A DNA stretch of 64,000 nt from Ostreococcus lucimarinus (taxonomy: Eukaryota). The stretch lies in NCBI GenBank assembly GCA_000092065.1, contig CP000590.1; one strand, 5' to 3'. Below the pieces are notes generated by a model. The model was not told the origin of the DNA and made no database searches. It worked only from the letters and a program-made list of their open reading frames with translations. Each line of letters starts with the position of its first letter. Position 1 is the first letter of the stretch. This document shows positions 1 to 10,070 of the stretch, piece by piece. A program made the translations under genes and the position numbers.

Positions 1-2755
1 GAGCCTGAGGGCGCATAACGAGGAAGCGATCGCGAAATATGCAAACTTTCCGGAGTTGGATAAGCCGGACGCGCACGTGGCGCGAGATGCGGATGGGTAC
101 TACGTCGTGAAGGAGGAGTGGCGAAAACCGACGAATCCCTTTGAAAAGTTGAAGCTCGCGAAGGATCCGATGCGAGAGTTGATCGGGATGAACGGGATCG
201 AGGAGATGGCCAAGGCGAGCGCGGCGGATTTCAAGGCTTGGGACGAGGCGTTGAATGACCCGGACGAGACCGATCAACGACCGAAGTGGGCGGGTTTGTT
301 TCATCGACGCAAAGGACACTACGGGCGATACATGATGCGACTCAAGCTTCCGAACGGACTCATTAACTCGACGCAGATGCGATATTTGGCGAGCGTGATT
401 AAAAAGTACGGCGAAGATGGGTGCTGCGACATCACGACGAGACAAAACATTCAGCTTCGTGGGGTTGAGTTGAAGGATGCGCCCGAAATCTTGCGCAAAC
501 TCGAAGAGCTCGGTATGTGCTCGTTGCAAAGCGGGTTGGACAACGTGCGCAACGCGACGGGGAACCCGCTCGCGGGTTTTGATCCGCAAGAAATCGTCGA
601 CACGCGACCTTACACGCTCGCCATTCAAGATTACGTCACCGGTGGTGGGCGCGGGAATCCAGCCATCGCTAACTTGGGGCGTAAGTGGAACGTGTGCGTC
701 GTCGGCAGCAGCGACTTTTTCGAGCATCCGGACATCAACGACTTGGCCTTCATTCCAGCGATGAAGGATGGCAAGTTCGGATTCAACATGATCGTCGGTG
801 GCTTCATATCTTCTCAGCGCGCAGCGGAGTCGGTCTCTCTCGATGCGTGGATCCCTGAGAACGAGCTTGTCGCCGCGACGCACGCCGTGTTGACGACGTT
901 TCGCGATTACGGCCATCGCGGCAACCGCCAAAAGTGCCGCATGATGTGGCTCATCGACGAGATGGGTTTGGAAACGTTTCGCACCGAAGTTGCGTCGCGC
1001 ATGCCAACGGGAGACTTGGCGCGCGGCGCCGAAGTGGATCTCATCGACCGAGAGTCTCCGCGACGCAGTTACATCGGCGTGCACGCGCAAAAGCAAGAGG
1101 GCTTGAGCTGGGTCGCCGCTGCCGTGCCGGGCGGACGTATGCAACCGGAAGATCTCGCGGAGATGGCTGATCTCGCGGACAAGTACGGCGAAGGTGAGAT
1201 TCGACTCACCGTCGAGCAAAACTTTATCATTCCCCACGTGCCGAACGATAAGATTGACGCCATTCTCCAAGAGCGTTTGTTTCAAGAGTACACGCCGTTC
1301 CCGGGCAAACTTGTGTCCAACATGGTGGCGTGCACCGGAAATCAGTTCTGCGGATTCGCGCAAATCGAGACGAAGCGACAAGCGCTCGAAATGGCGGAAC
1401 ACTTGGAAAGTTGCTTAGAACTTTCGAAGGACGTGCGCATGATTTGGACAGGTTGCCCGAACTCTTGCGCTCCGGTGCAAGTGGCGGACATTGGCCTCAT
1501 GGGCGCGCAGGTGAAGAATCCGACGGGCGAGAAGGGCATGGTACCAGGGGTGAACATCTTCATCGGTGGTACCGTCGGGCCGAACGGCCACTTGAAGGAA
1601 GCGCCAGAAATCGCAAAGGTCCCGTGCTCAGAGTTGAAGCCGGTTCTGGAACAGATTATGATTGAGAGGTTTGGCGCGACGCGCAAGGCGACGCCGACGC
1701 CGAATCCGGGGCGAGCGTCGCGCTGGAAAATCAACAAATCTGCGCAGTATACCAAGGGTGTCCCTAAAGCCATGGGTAAGGCGACGCACATTTGCACCGG
1801 ATGTGGTTACATTTATCAAGAGACGAAGAAGTTCGACGAGTTGCCGGATGACTACGTCTGTCCGTCGTGCAGCGCGCCGAAGTCCAAGTTTGAAGCGATG
1901 AAGCAGGAAGAGACGCCCACGAGCGCTCGCCCGGTCGTGGAGTACCCCGAAGGCACGCTCGCGACGCTGAAGAACGGCGAAACCGTTGAATTGAAGCTCG
2001 TTGAGAAGGAACAAGTGACGTCGAACACTGTACGCCTTCGATTTGAACTCCCGTCGCCGGAGCACATCCTCGGACTTCCCGTCGGGCAACACGTGACGGT
2101 GACCATCGACGGCGTGTCTCGTCCGTACACTCCGATCACGCGCGATGCGGACAAGGGTTTCATGGACCTTCTCGTGAAGATTTATGATCAAGGCGCGCTC
2201 ACGCAAAAGCTCAACGCCGTGGCCGTGGGATCTACCGTAGCGTTCGAAGGACCGAATGGGTTGGTGACGTACAGCGCTCGCGGCGAATTTTCTACGCGCA
2301 ATCCGGCGACGGGCTCTGTGGCGAAGAAATCATGCAAGAACATCGCCATGATCGCCGGTGGTACTGGCATCACCCCTATGCTTCAAGTCATTCGCCAAAT
2401 CTTCAACGATGTCGGGGACACGACGCGGGTCAACTTGTTATTCGCCAACGTCTCCTCGGCGGATATTCTCTTGAAGAAGGAGCTCGACGAGCTCGCGAGC
2501 GCGCACAAAAACTTGACGGTGCACTACGCGATCGACAAGGATGAACCAAACTGGAACGGCGAGGTTGGATACGTTTCAGAGGAAATGATCAAGAAGTGCG
2601 ACTTGCTGAAGCGAGGTGGCTTGATGGACAAATTGTTTTCATCCGCCGACGACACCGCGGTCCTCGTGTGCGGCCCGCCGGCGATGGTTGAGAAAGCCGT
2701 TGTGCCCGCGTTGGACGCACTGAATGTCTCTACAGATTCTCGAATTTTCTTTTAA
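1..2755 (+). CDS. NII: Nitrite reductase fused to a rubredoxin domain and an NAD(P)H cytochrome-b5-reductase-type FAD/NAD domain. The 5' end is cut by the window edge: the reading frame is open from nt 2, the listed M at 56 is a TTG, and the true start lies upstream.
   Basis: The N-terminal ~560 aa align along their length to plant ferredoxin-nitrite reductase (EKLKLAKDPM..., LFHRRKGHYGRYMMRLKLPNG, CCDITTRQNIQLRG, siroheme/4Fe-4S Cys cluster TGNQFCG...TGCPNSCA). A rubredoxin motif follows (CTGCGYIY...PDDYVCPSCSAPKSKFE), then a b5-reductase/NR-type flavin domain (RPYTPIT, GGTGITP, CGPPAM). The ORF is continuous to a stop at 2755. Confidence 0.9.
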   Translation, partial: SLRAHNEEAIAKYANFPELDKPDAHVARDADGYYVVKEEWRKPTNPFEKLKLAKDPMRELIGMNGIEEMAKASAADFKAWDEALNDPDETDQRPKWAGLFHRRKGHYGRYMMRLKLPNGLINSTQMRYLASVIKKYGEDGCCDITTRQNIQLRGVELKDAPEILRKLEELGMCSLQSGLDNVRNATGNPLAGFDPQEIVDTRPYTLAIQDYVTGGGRGNPAIANLGRKWNVCVVGSSDFFEHPDINDLAFIPAMKDGKFGFNMIVGGFISSQRAAESVSLDAWIPENELVAATHAVLTTFRDYGHRGNRQKCRMMWLIDEMGLETFRTEVASRMPTGDLARGAEVDLIDRESPRRSYIGVHAQKQEGLSWVAAAVPGGRMQPEDLAEMADLADKYGEGEIRLTVEQNFIIPHVPNDKIDAILQERLFQEYTPFPGKLVSNMVACTGNQFCGFAQIETKRQALEMAEHLESCLELSKDVRMIWTGCPNSCAPVQVADIGLMGAQVKNPTGEKGMVPGVNIFIGGTVGPNGHLKEAPEIAKVPCSELKPVLEQIMIERFGATRKATPTPNPGRASRWKINKSAQYTKGVPKAMGKATHICTGCGYIYQETKKFDELPDDYVCPSCSAPKSKFEAMKQEETPTSARPVVEYPEGTLATLKNGETVELKLVEKEQVTSNTVRLRFELPSPEHILGLPVGQHVTVTIDGVSRPYTPITRDADKGFMDLLVKIYDQGALTQKLNAVAVGSTVAFEGPNGLVTYSARGEFSTRNPATGSVAKKSCKNIAMIAGGTGITPMLQVIRQIFNDVGDTTRVNLLFANVSSADILLKKELDELASAHKNLTVHYAIDKDEPNWNGEVGYVSEEMIKKCDLLKRGGLMDKLFSSADDTAVLVCGPPAMVEKAVVPALDALNVSTDSRIFF

Positions 2756-3024
2756 GACAAAGCGAACAACTACATAGTTTACTCACAATTCATCAGCTCA
2801 CGTCGTTTGTCATTTAAAATCAGTCGACGTCTAAAACATGTTGCGCGGCGCGCGACTGCTTCCGGCGTTCGTTTGCGCACATGAGACTCGATAAGTTAGG
2901 AAAGAAGAGGAATAAGAAAATTACAAGCAACGTCTCCGTAACAAGGACGCGTGTGCACGGTTCATCTATCTACAATTTGTTTTCCCGATGAAGTTGATCG
3001 CGTCGAAAGTCGCGCGTTGCGCGC

Positions 3025-3877
3025 TTACGCATATTGCGCTGCGGCGGCGTTTTGCTTCTTGTAATCGTACATCGTACCGGCAGTGGCGACGATGATAGAG
3101 AACGCGATGAAGAAGCTCATCGTGCCGACGAGCGCTTGCGGCAAGCGGTCGTAGGTGACGACTTCGAAGGTGCAAGAAGAATCGTCGCCGTATCGCACGT
3201 AGCCGCTGGAGTCCGATTCCAAGACTTGGATAAAGTACTTGGCCGGCGCGATGTTCAACGGGAGCGGGATGTCGACGTTACCAGTCGCCGACCCGCCCGT
3301 GATGCCCGCTTTGAGATAGTCGGCCTCGACCACGGTTTGCTTGCATCGCTTGTTCTTGTTGACGATGTCTTTCTTCTTGCGCCACGGCTTGGAGGCGAGT
3401 TCGGAGTCGTCGTAGCACAACTTCACCATCATCGTGTTCCCCGACGTCGTGGAAGCACCGGTCCACGCCACGTTGATGGAGTTCAAACCACCCTGCGCTT
3501 TCTACGAACGTGAAAAACAAATAATCAAGTCAGTCTTCGAATCACGAACGAAATCGCCAGCGTCGCCGCGCCCGACCCCCAAAGGACACTCGCGCCGGTC
3601 GAACGCTTATCCGCCCTCGCGTCGTCTCCGCCCGCGCGTCGTCCCCACGCCACCCACGCGTCCACTCGCGCGTCGAGCGCGCGCCCGAATGCGTTATTTC
3701 TCGCGCGGTCGCGCGCACACGCACCGAACCAGCCGCGCACGCCCCGCCGTCGATCGTCGTCGTCACGCCGAGCGTGTTCGACGACATCTCGCTGTACTTG
3801 GTGAACGCGTGCGCGCCGTCCGCGAGCATCGCCGTGGCGGCGAGACCACCGATCAAGAGCTTCTTCAATTCAACCAT
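3025..3877 (-). CDS. NAR2: NAR2/NRT3 high-affinity nitrate transporter accessory protein. Two exons, join(3025..3501, 3725..3877) on the minus strand, 209 aa.
   Basis: Exon 2 carries the NAR2 signature VKLCYDDSELASKPWRKKKD (plant KLCYA...WRKT) and a C-terminal TM helix SFFIAFSIIVATAG. Exon 1 encodes a signal peptide (MVELKKLLIGGLAATAMLADGAHA). The intron runs 3502..3724 with donor GTGCGTGTGCG, branch ACTGAC (minus strand 3534..3529) 25 nt before the AG and a polypyrimidine tract. An in-frame TAG sits just upstream of exon 2. Confidence 0.75.
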
Positions 3878-4249
3878 CGTCGTTCGTGCGTCGTTCGCGC
3901 GTCGTCGTCGTCGTCGCGGGCGCGTCGAGGAGTGTCGACATCGGCGCGACGCGCGGCGTTTCGGGACGCCAAGCGTCGCCAAAGGGCGACCGTTGGTGAC
4001 CCTTCGTTCCAAGCGTCACACGGCTAAACATCGTTTATATACGCGCGTCGACCCGGTTTATTTTATTAACTATTACGCGTACGCGTGTAAGTTGTATTTT
4101 TACCTTGAATACGTAAAAACACGATGAGGGTTTCGTGAATGTTTTATGCGTCGTCGCGACGGGACGCGACGCGGTGCGACGCCGCGCGTCACTCCACAGC
4201 GCGTCAGCGAGCACGCCGCGACCTCGAATCGCGACAGCGCACGCGCGAA
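3878..4249. promoter_or_regulatory. Bidirectional promoter shared by divergent NAR2 and NRT2. It holds an AT-rich core at about 4020-4140 with TATA-like cgtttatatacgcg and ttattttattaactatta.
   Basis: Only 372 bp separate the two ATGs (3877 minus, 4250 plus). It is an AT-rich island in otherwise >65% GC sequence. The same NAR2/NRT2 head-to-head arrangement is known from Chlamydomonas. Confidence 0.45.
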
Positions 4250-5958
4250 ATGGCGATCACTAAAGAATTCAATGTCCCCGTGGACAGGTGCGTGTGGTTC
4301 GAGGCGCGCGCGAACGTGGGGGGGGGTTAAAGCGACGACGATGCGTCGCGGTTGTGTCGAAACGACGTGGTCGAATCGAGCGCGTGTGCGGTCGCGCGCG
4401 ATGGCGACGCGGCGCTCGAACGCGTCGATAACGATGAAAGATATATTTGTTTATGCTTTCATGCCCGCGAGACTGACGTGTAACGCGCGGTGCCGTCGTA
4501 CGTGGCCACAGCGAGCACAAGGCGATGAAGCTGAACGTCTTCAGCTTTGATCGCCCGCACCACTTGTCCTTCCACATGTCCTGGTTGGGTTTCTTCATCT
4601 CTTTCGTCTCGACGTTCGCGGCGGCGCCGATGATTCCGGTGATTCGTGAAGACTTGGGTCTCACGAAGCCGCAGCTCGGGAACGCTGGTTTGGCGGCGGT
4701 GACGGGTACTATTATTTGCCGCGTGCTGATGGGTACGGTGTGCGACCTCATCGGCCCGCGACTCGGTTTGTCGGTTATTCTTTTGGCCACCGCGCCCTTC
4801 TGCTTCGCCATGGCCATGGTGCAAGGCTTCGAAGGTTTCCTGATCTGCCGTTTGGGCATCGGTCTGGGTCTCGCCACGTTCGTGGCGTGCCAGTTCTGGA
4901 TGTCTTGCATGTTCAACAGCAAGTGCGTCGGTCTCGCCAACGCGACCGCCGCGGGCTGGGGTAACTTGGGCGGCGGAGTCACGCAATTCTTGATGCCGGG
5001 CATCTACGCCATCTGCTACTCGGCGACCAACAGCCGTGCGTTCACTGCCTGGCGTTGGGCGTACATCTTCCCGGGCATGTGCCACACCGTAGTCGGTTTG
5101 ATGGTCATGTACCTCGGCCAAGATTTGCCGGATGGTAACTACAAGGTGCTCACGACTTCGGGCGCGCTCGAAAAGAAGTCCTCCATGAAGGTCAACTTGA
5201 TCGGCATGAAGAACTACCGCATGTGGTGCATGGTCGCCACCTACGGTTTCTGCTTCGGCGTTGAACTCACGATGAACAACATCGTCGCCGGTTACCTCTT
5301 TGATCAATTCGGCGTCTCCCTCTCTGTCGCAGGCGTGTTGGCGTCTTGCTACGGTATGATGAACTTGTTCGCCCGCTCCGTGGGTGGCATCATCTCTGAC
5401 TGGTCTTCTAACCGCTTCGGTATGCGAGGACGTCTTTGGACTTTGTGGTCCACCCAAACGCTCGAAGGTGTGCTGTGCATCTTCATGGGTCTCTCCAAGG
5501 ACAACTTGGGCGCCACCATCGCGTTCATGGTGTTCTTCTCCATTTGCGTGCAGGCGTCCGAAGGCGCTTCTTACGGTATCGTGCCGTTCATCTCCCGCCG
5601 CGCTCTCGGTGTCGTCTCTGGTTTCATCGGTGCTGGCGGTAACGCTGGTGCCACCATCGCCACCGCCGCCTTCTTCACCAAGGATTCCATTGAGACGTAC
5701 GAAGGTCTCCAGTACCTCGGTTACACCGTCATCGGCGTCACCGCTTTGGTCATCCCGATTCACTTCCCAATGTGGGGCTCCATGTTCTTCCCGGCATCCA
5801 AAACGGCCACGGAAGAGGACTACTACATTCACAACGAGTTCACTCCGGAAGAAATCAAAGCTGGTCTCGCCGCTCCGGTCCAAAAGTTCTGCAACAACTC
5901 TCGCAACGAGCGCCCGGTTTGGAAGCGCGAGCAAGATGCGGTTGAAGCCTCCGCGTAA
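4250..5958 (+). CDS. NRT2: NRT2 high-affinity nitrate/nitrite transporter (MFS nitrate-nitrite porter family). Two exons, join(4250..4287, 4512..5958).
   Basis: 12 TM helices and the AGWGNLGGG NNP signature. Exon 1 (MAITKEFNVPVD) splices so that the junction reads PVDSEHKAMKLNVFSF...HLSFHMSW, matching the conserved NRT2 N-terminus (PVDSEHKA...FHLSW). The intron 4288..4511 has donor GTGCGTGTGG and branch ACTGAC at 4472..4477, 32 nt before the AG at 4510-4511. Confidence 0.85.
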
Positions 5959-6122
5959 TTCTTTTTTACTCTCGCGTCGCAAGAGTGCATCGTTTATAAA
6001 AAATCACCTCTACGTAGTGTGTAACATAACTCTTATTGCAAACTCTCCACGAACAGCCGACGTCTGGGGCGACGCGCGAAATTGATCAACAAATTGTCTT
6101 CCTACAAATTCAACTCTACGCT

Positions 6123-7550
6123 CTATCGCTGCCCGCCTTCGGCGGACGGTCCCACTTCGAGTCTACGCTGCACCTCCATCAATATGTGCGTCCCGATCCC
6201 CGCGGCGAAACCAATCGCCGTACTCTTAGTCGCGATCGTCACCGCAGCGGTCACCATGACGAGATACTTCTGGTGCTGATGCCATCCGGGTTTCGTCTTC
6301 AAGCCCATGCCAATGAGCTCCAAACTCGACGAAAATAACATGACTCCTAATATAGTCTTCGGAAAGTGCTCCAAGAGCTTCGTTAATGAGCTCCCGAATA
6401 ATAAACCGAGGGCAAGCTTGCACAAGCCGAGGAACACGATCGATCCTCCGCCGCGAGCACCGAAAGCGTACTGAGCCGCTAAACCGCCAGCGCCGTGGCA
6501 CGACGGCATCGCGCCTACCCAACACCCGACGATATTCATCATCCCCACGCTCGTCGCCACTGAGCTCGGCGACGCGGGAAAATCAGGAAACAATTCTTTG
6601 CTCAGTGCACACACGGAGATCACTGAATTTAACGTCGTCAATGGAAGTTGCGGGACGCCGGCGTTTACGATGCCGCGCTTTGCCTCGGACCACGACGCGC
6701 TCAAAATCTTTGGCGTGGCTGGTCCAAACTTCAATCCGCTCAGCGCGCCATCTTTCGTCATGGCCATGGTGATACCGAGCACAACGAGAATAAGCGCCAT
6801 GGGAATGTAGTGACGCATGCGTTTCCGACGTTCGCCATCCGCCTCAAGTTCGCCTCGCTCGTCGCGAATTGCCGGATACTCGGGCGAGCACACATACATG
6901 ACCGCACACATGGCCACGATGGTGACCAGTAGGCCATCCGTGCCAAACATCCCTCGCACCACACTAGCATCGCTCGACGTGTACACCGCGAGTAAAAACC
7001 CTTTCCTGGCGAGCAACAATCCAAGTCCCACTTGCATGCCTTGCACAACCGCGAGCGGCGTCACTTTATTAAACGTGTCCATCAATCTCGTCGTTCCAAG
7101 CACCAACACGATGGAAGACACGAACAAACCGGCGACCATAATTTCGTTGACATTCAACGGCGACTCTCCCAACGCCACCGCCGCGATCGTCTTCATCGGC
7201 TGCACGGGCATGGGTATCTCGTACAGAAACGCCGTGAGCACGTTGTACAATCCCGTGAACACGATTGTCGTCCCCGCGTCCACGCCACACTCGATCGACA
7301 TCCCGACGAGCAGCGGTAAAAAAGTCCCGAGATCTCCAAGCGCGCCGCTCGCCTCTCGCCAACCGAACTCGCGCCAAAACTTTTCCGCGCGCGCGCCGAC
7401 GACCGCCGCCGTCCCGCCGACGCGCCCTCTCGTCGCGCGCAGCTCCGACGCCGTCGTCTCGCCGCGCTTCTCGCGCGCGCCCGCGTCCACGACGCGAGCG
7501 TCATCATCGTCGTCCGCGATGCGAATCTCGTACTCACCCGCGGACGTCAT
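6123..7550 (-). CDS. MOT1: MOT1-family molybdate transporter
   Basis: Both MOT1 signature motifs are present, GDLGTFLPL...PVQPMKTIAAVA and FGAMPSCHGAGGLAAQYAFGARGG, in a multi-TM protein of 475 aa. ATG confirmed at 7550. Confidence 0.8.
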   Translation of the reverse strand: MTSAGEYEIRIADDDDDARVVDAGAREKRGETTASELRATRGRVGGTAAVVGARAEKFWREFGWREASGALGDLGTFLPLLVGMSIECGVDAGTTIVFTGLYNVLTAFLYEIPMPVQPMKTIAAVALGESPLNVNEIMVAGLFVSSIVLVLGTTRLMDTFNKVTPLAVVQGMQVGLGLLLARKGFLLAVYTSSDASVVRGMFGTDGLLVTIVAMCAVMYVCSPEYPAIRDERGELEADGERRKRMRHYIPMALILVVLGITMAMTKDGALSGLKFGPATPKILSASWSEAKRGIVNAGVPQLPLTTLNSVISVCALSKELFPDFPASPSSVATSVGMMNIVGCWVGAMPSCHGAGGLAAQYAFGARGGGSIVFLGLCKLALGLLFGSSLTKLLEHFPKTILGVMLFSSSLELIGMGLKTKPGWHQHQKYLVMVTAAVTIATKSTAIGFAAGIGTHILMEVQRRLEVGPSAEGGQR

Positions 7551-7770
7551 CGCGCGAGGGCGTCGTGACCTTTCGCGTCCCGCGAAAAGCGCTTTTTCGC
7601 GTGGATGCTCGACCCGCGCGCGTCGCCGCGCGCGCGGATGCGCGAGGAACGCTCGAGGAGATCGTGTTTAACCCAACCCGTGCGCGTGCGCGTCGCGCGC
7701 GAGGCGTAAGCGTCGCGCGCGCTGACGTGTGTGGACGCGAAATGAGAACGTGGGGACGCGCGCGCGCGCG

Positions 7771-7812
7771 CGCGACGAAGACGAAGACGAAGACGAAGAC
7801 GAAGACGAAGAC
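7771..7812. repeat. (GAAGAC)x7 hexanucleotide microsatellite in the MOT1 / CNX2 intergenic spacer
   Basis: gacgaagacgaagacgaagacgaagacgaagacgaagag read directly from the sequence. Confidence 0.9.
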
Positions 7813-7842
7813 GAAGAGACGATGGAAATCTCGCGCAACAGG

Positions 7843-9078
7843 CTAACCCCCTATCTTGATCATCGCGCGATTATCCTGCGCCGCGAGCTCGTGCATGCCC
7901 GCGTGCGCGGCCTTCTTTCGCTTGACCGCAGCGCCGATGACGCGCAAAATGTCGTCGTCCGACGCGCCCGAGCGCATGGCGTCTCGCAAGCTCACCTCTG
8001 AATTGCCGAATAAACAAACCTTCAAATTACCGTCCGCCATGATGCGTAAGCGGTTACATCCGCCGCAGAATGAGTTCGTCATGCTCGTGATGAAGCTCAC
8101 CGAACCTTTGTGACCGGGCAGGGTGAAGTTCTTCGCGACTTCCTCGCGCGGGTCGTCGACGCGCGTCAACGCGCCGTACGCCTCTTCTATTCTCGCGCGC
8201 ATCTCGGCGTACGACACCATCTTCTTCGTGCTCCACTTATTGCCGTCGAACGGCATGTACTCTATAAATCTCACATTAATCGGCTTGTCTTTCGTCAACG
8301 CCACGAAATCAAGCAGCTCGTCGTCGTTTTGCCCGCGCATGACGACGCAGTTCACCTTGACGCTCTGAAATCCGAGTTCGCACGCCTTGTCGACGCTCGC
8401 CAGTACCCGATCGTGCCCTTTCCTCCGCGTCATGAACTCAAACTTCGCCGGCACGAGCGTATCAAGCGACACATTCAAACGCGTCAATCCGTTCGCTCTA
8501 AGCGCGTCTAACCGCTTCGCGAGCGTCACTCCGTTCGTCGTGACGCTCGTCTCGCGCACCCCCGGCGTCCCGCTCACCCGTCGCACCACGTCTTCCAAAT
8601 CTTTTCTCAGCGTCGGCTCACCCCCGGTGAGCCGCACTTTATCCACCCCAGCCGCGGCAAATATTTTAACCACCCTCCCGATCTCATCCGCGGTGAGCAA
8701 CTCATCCTTCGCCGTCAAATCCACGCCGTCCTCGGGCATGCAATACCCGCACCGCAGGTTGCACTTTTCCGTCAAGCTGATGCGCAGGTAATTATGCCCT
8801 CGCCCGAACGCATCCACGAGTTCCGGCGCGACGTTCGCCGTTCGCGACGTCATCGCGCGCGCGGCGACTCGCGGATCGATTCGCGCCCTCGCCCGCGCGC
8901 CCTCGCCCGCGCGCGTCGGTTCCTCCACCGCTCGCCGCGGTGCACTTTTTGTCCCGAGCGCGCTCACCGCGTCCTCGCGCGCGCGTTCGACGCCCTGATC
9001 GCCGCGCGCGATCGCCGCGAGCGTCGCGCTCGCGCGCCGCGCGCCCGGGCGCGTCCACGCGCCGCGCGCGAGCGACAT
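7843..9078 (-). CDS. CNX2: Molybdenum cofactor biosynthesis protein A (GTP 3',8-cyclase, CNX2/MOCS1A-type radical SAM enzyme). The ORF extends to 9324, but the ATG at 9078 gives a 75-aa R/A/S-rich mitochondrial-type presequence and avoids overlap with the divergent gene starting at 9155.
   Basis: The radical-SAM core aligns with E. coli MoaA from [27 protein letters not shown] through GGEPTLRKD to the C-terminal FeS cysteines CGGCNRLR. The start choice is inference; alternatives are 9324 or 8853. Confidence 0.8.
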   Translation of the reverse strand: MSLARGAWTRPGARRASATLAAIARGDQGVERAREDAVSALGTKSAPRRAVEEPTRAGEGARARARIDPRVAARAMTSRTANVAPELVDAFGRGHNYLRISLTEKCNLRCGYCMPEDGVDLTAKDELLTADEIGRVVKIFAAAGVDKVRLTGGEPTLRKDLEDVVRRVSGTPGVRETSVTTNGVTLAKRLDALRANGLTRLNVSLDTLVPAKFEFMTRRKGHDRVLASVDKACELGFQSVKVNCVVMRGQNDDELLDFVALTKDKPINVRFIEYMPFDGNKWSTKKMVSYAEMRARIEEAYGALTRVDDPREEVAKNFTLPGHKGSVSFITSMTNSFCGGCNRLRIMADGNLKVCLFGNSEVSLRDAMRSGASDDDILRVIGAAVKRKKAAHAGMHELAAQDNRAMIKIGG

Positions 9079-9154
9079 CCTCTGACGTCGCTTCGCGTCG
9101 TTTCGCCCTGTCGACCGGACCGCACCGCGCGTCACTCCGTCGCGCGCGCTCGCG

Positions 9155-9937
9155 ATGTCGCGCGCGCTCGAGGACGACCACGGCTCGTTCGCCGTGATAG
9201 ATCTCGTCGCGCACCTGTACCGCGGCGGCGCGGAAGATCGAGGCGCGCTCGCGAAGATTTGGTCGCGGTACAGCGATGCGACGGTTTCAGAGCGGAAGAC
9301 GACAGGTTTCGAGATGGTGCGCATGCATCACGCGACGCTGACGAGGATGTTTCGAGACGGTGCGTGCGACACGCTCAATTTTCGCGAGCGCGACGCGCGT
9401 CGGGACCGAGGGCGCGCGGTCGAGGGACGGGACGCAAAACGGCGCGAGACGGGACGACGACGAGGACGGGCGAGCGGGACGCGACGGACCGACTGACGAC
9501 GACGACGCGTTCGAACGCGAAAAGACCCGGATGGGGATTACTTAGATATCGAAGACGTGCGCATGACGTGGGAAGAGTTCGTGGACGCGCTGAGAGACGC
9601 CACGGGGGCGTCGGCGGATGAACCGGCGTCGCCGGAGAACGCGAAGTCGTACGACGCGCTCGAACGACCGGTGATGCAAAGAAATCAATCGTTCTCGAAC
9701 TTGGCGAAGGATTTGGAGGAAGTCATCGCCGCCGCGCGCTCGCCCGGGACGAGCGCGGACAACACGCCCGAAGGTTCGACGCGTGGGATTCAGAGAATTT
9801 CATCCTCTGGGATGCTTTTGGGCATCGGCTGCTCGAGCCGCGAACCGTCGCTTCGAGGCGGCAACGCGTTTCACGCGGGCATGACCGTGCGCTCGGAAGA
9901 TTTGAAGAGTCGCCTCGAGAAGAACGCGACGCAGTGA
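9155..9937 (+). CDS. Hypothetical protein of 205 aa. Two exons, join(9155..9359, 9525..9937). Function unknown; it lies inside the Moco/nitrate cluster.
   Basis: Exon 1 has unbiased composition up to ...TLTRMFRD. The GTGCGTGCGAC donor at 9360 and the ACTGAC branch at 9492..9497 (25 nt before the AG at 9523-9524) join it in phase to the ORF continuing [16 protein letters not shown]... No recognisable domain. Confidence 0.45.
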
Positions 9938-10070
9938 TCGTTTCCGCGAAATGCGCCGCATCAATACGCGTAATACGTCAATATAATCTATTGTACCTCG
10001 CTCCCGCGCCGAAAAGCGCAGCCAAAAGTCGCTTCGCCCCACAAGTCGTCGGCGTCGACGCGCGCGCGTC

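Noticed and set aside
1628-2206. Antisense and alternative-frame ORFs rich in Arg/Ala/Pro/Ser (examples: 1628..2206 minus, 9978..10790 minus, 12068..12904 minus, 35583..36956 minus, 47034..48272 minus, 55057..57205 minus, 60625..62034 plus)
   Set aside because: They show the composition expected from reading GC/CpG-rich DNA out of frame. They overlap well-supported homologous genes on the other strand or frame, and none shows any conserved motif.
2756-3024. AT- and purine-rich stretch (gataagttaggaaagaagaggaataagaaaattacaagcaac) between NiR and NAR2 as a possible gene or ncRNA
   Set aside because: It lies between two convergent stop codons, so it is most simply the overlapping 3' UTR and poly-A region of both genes.
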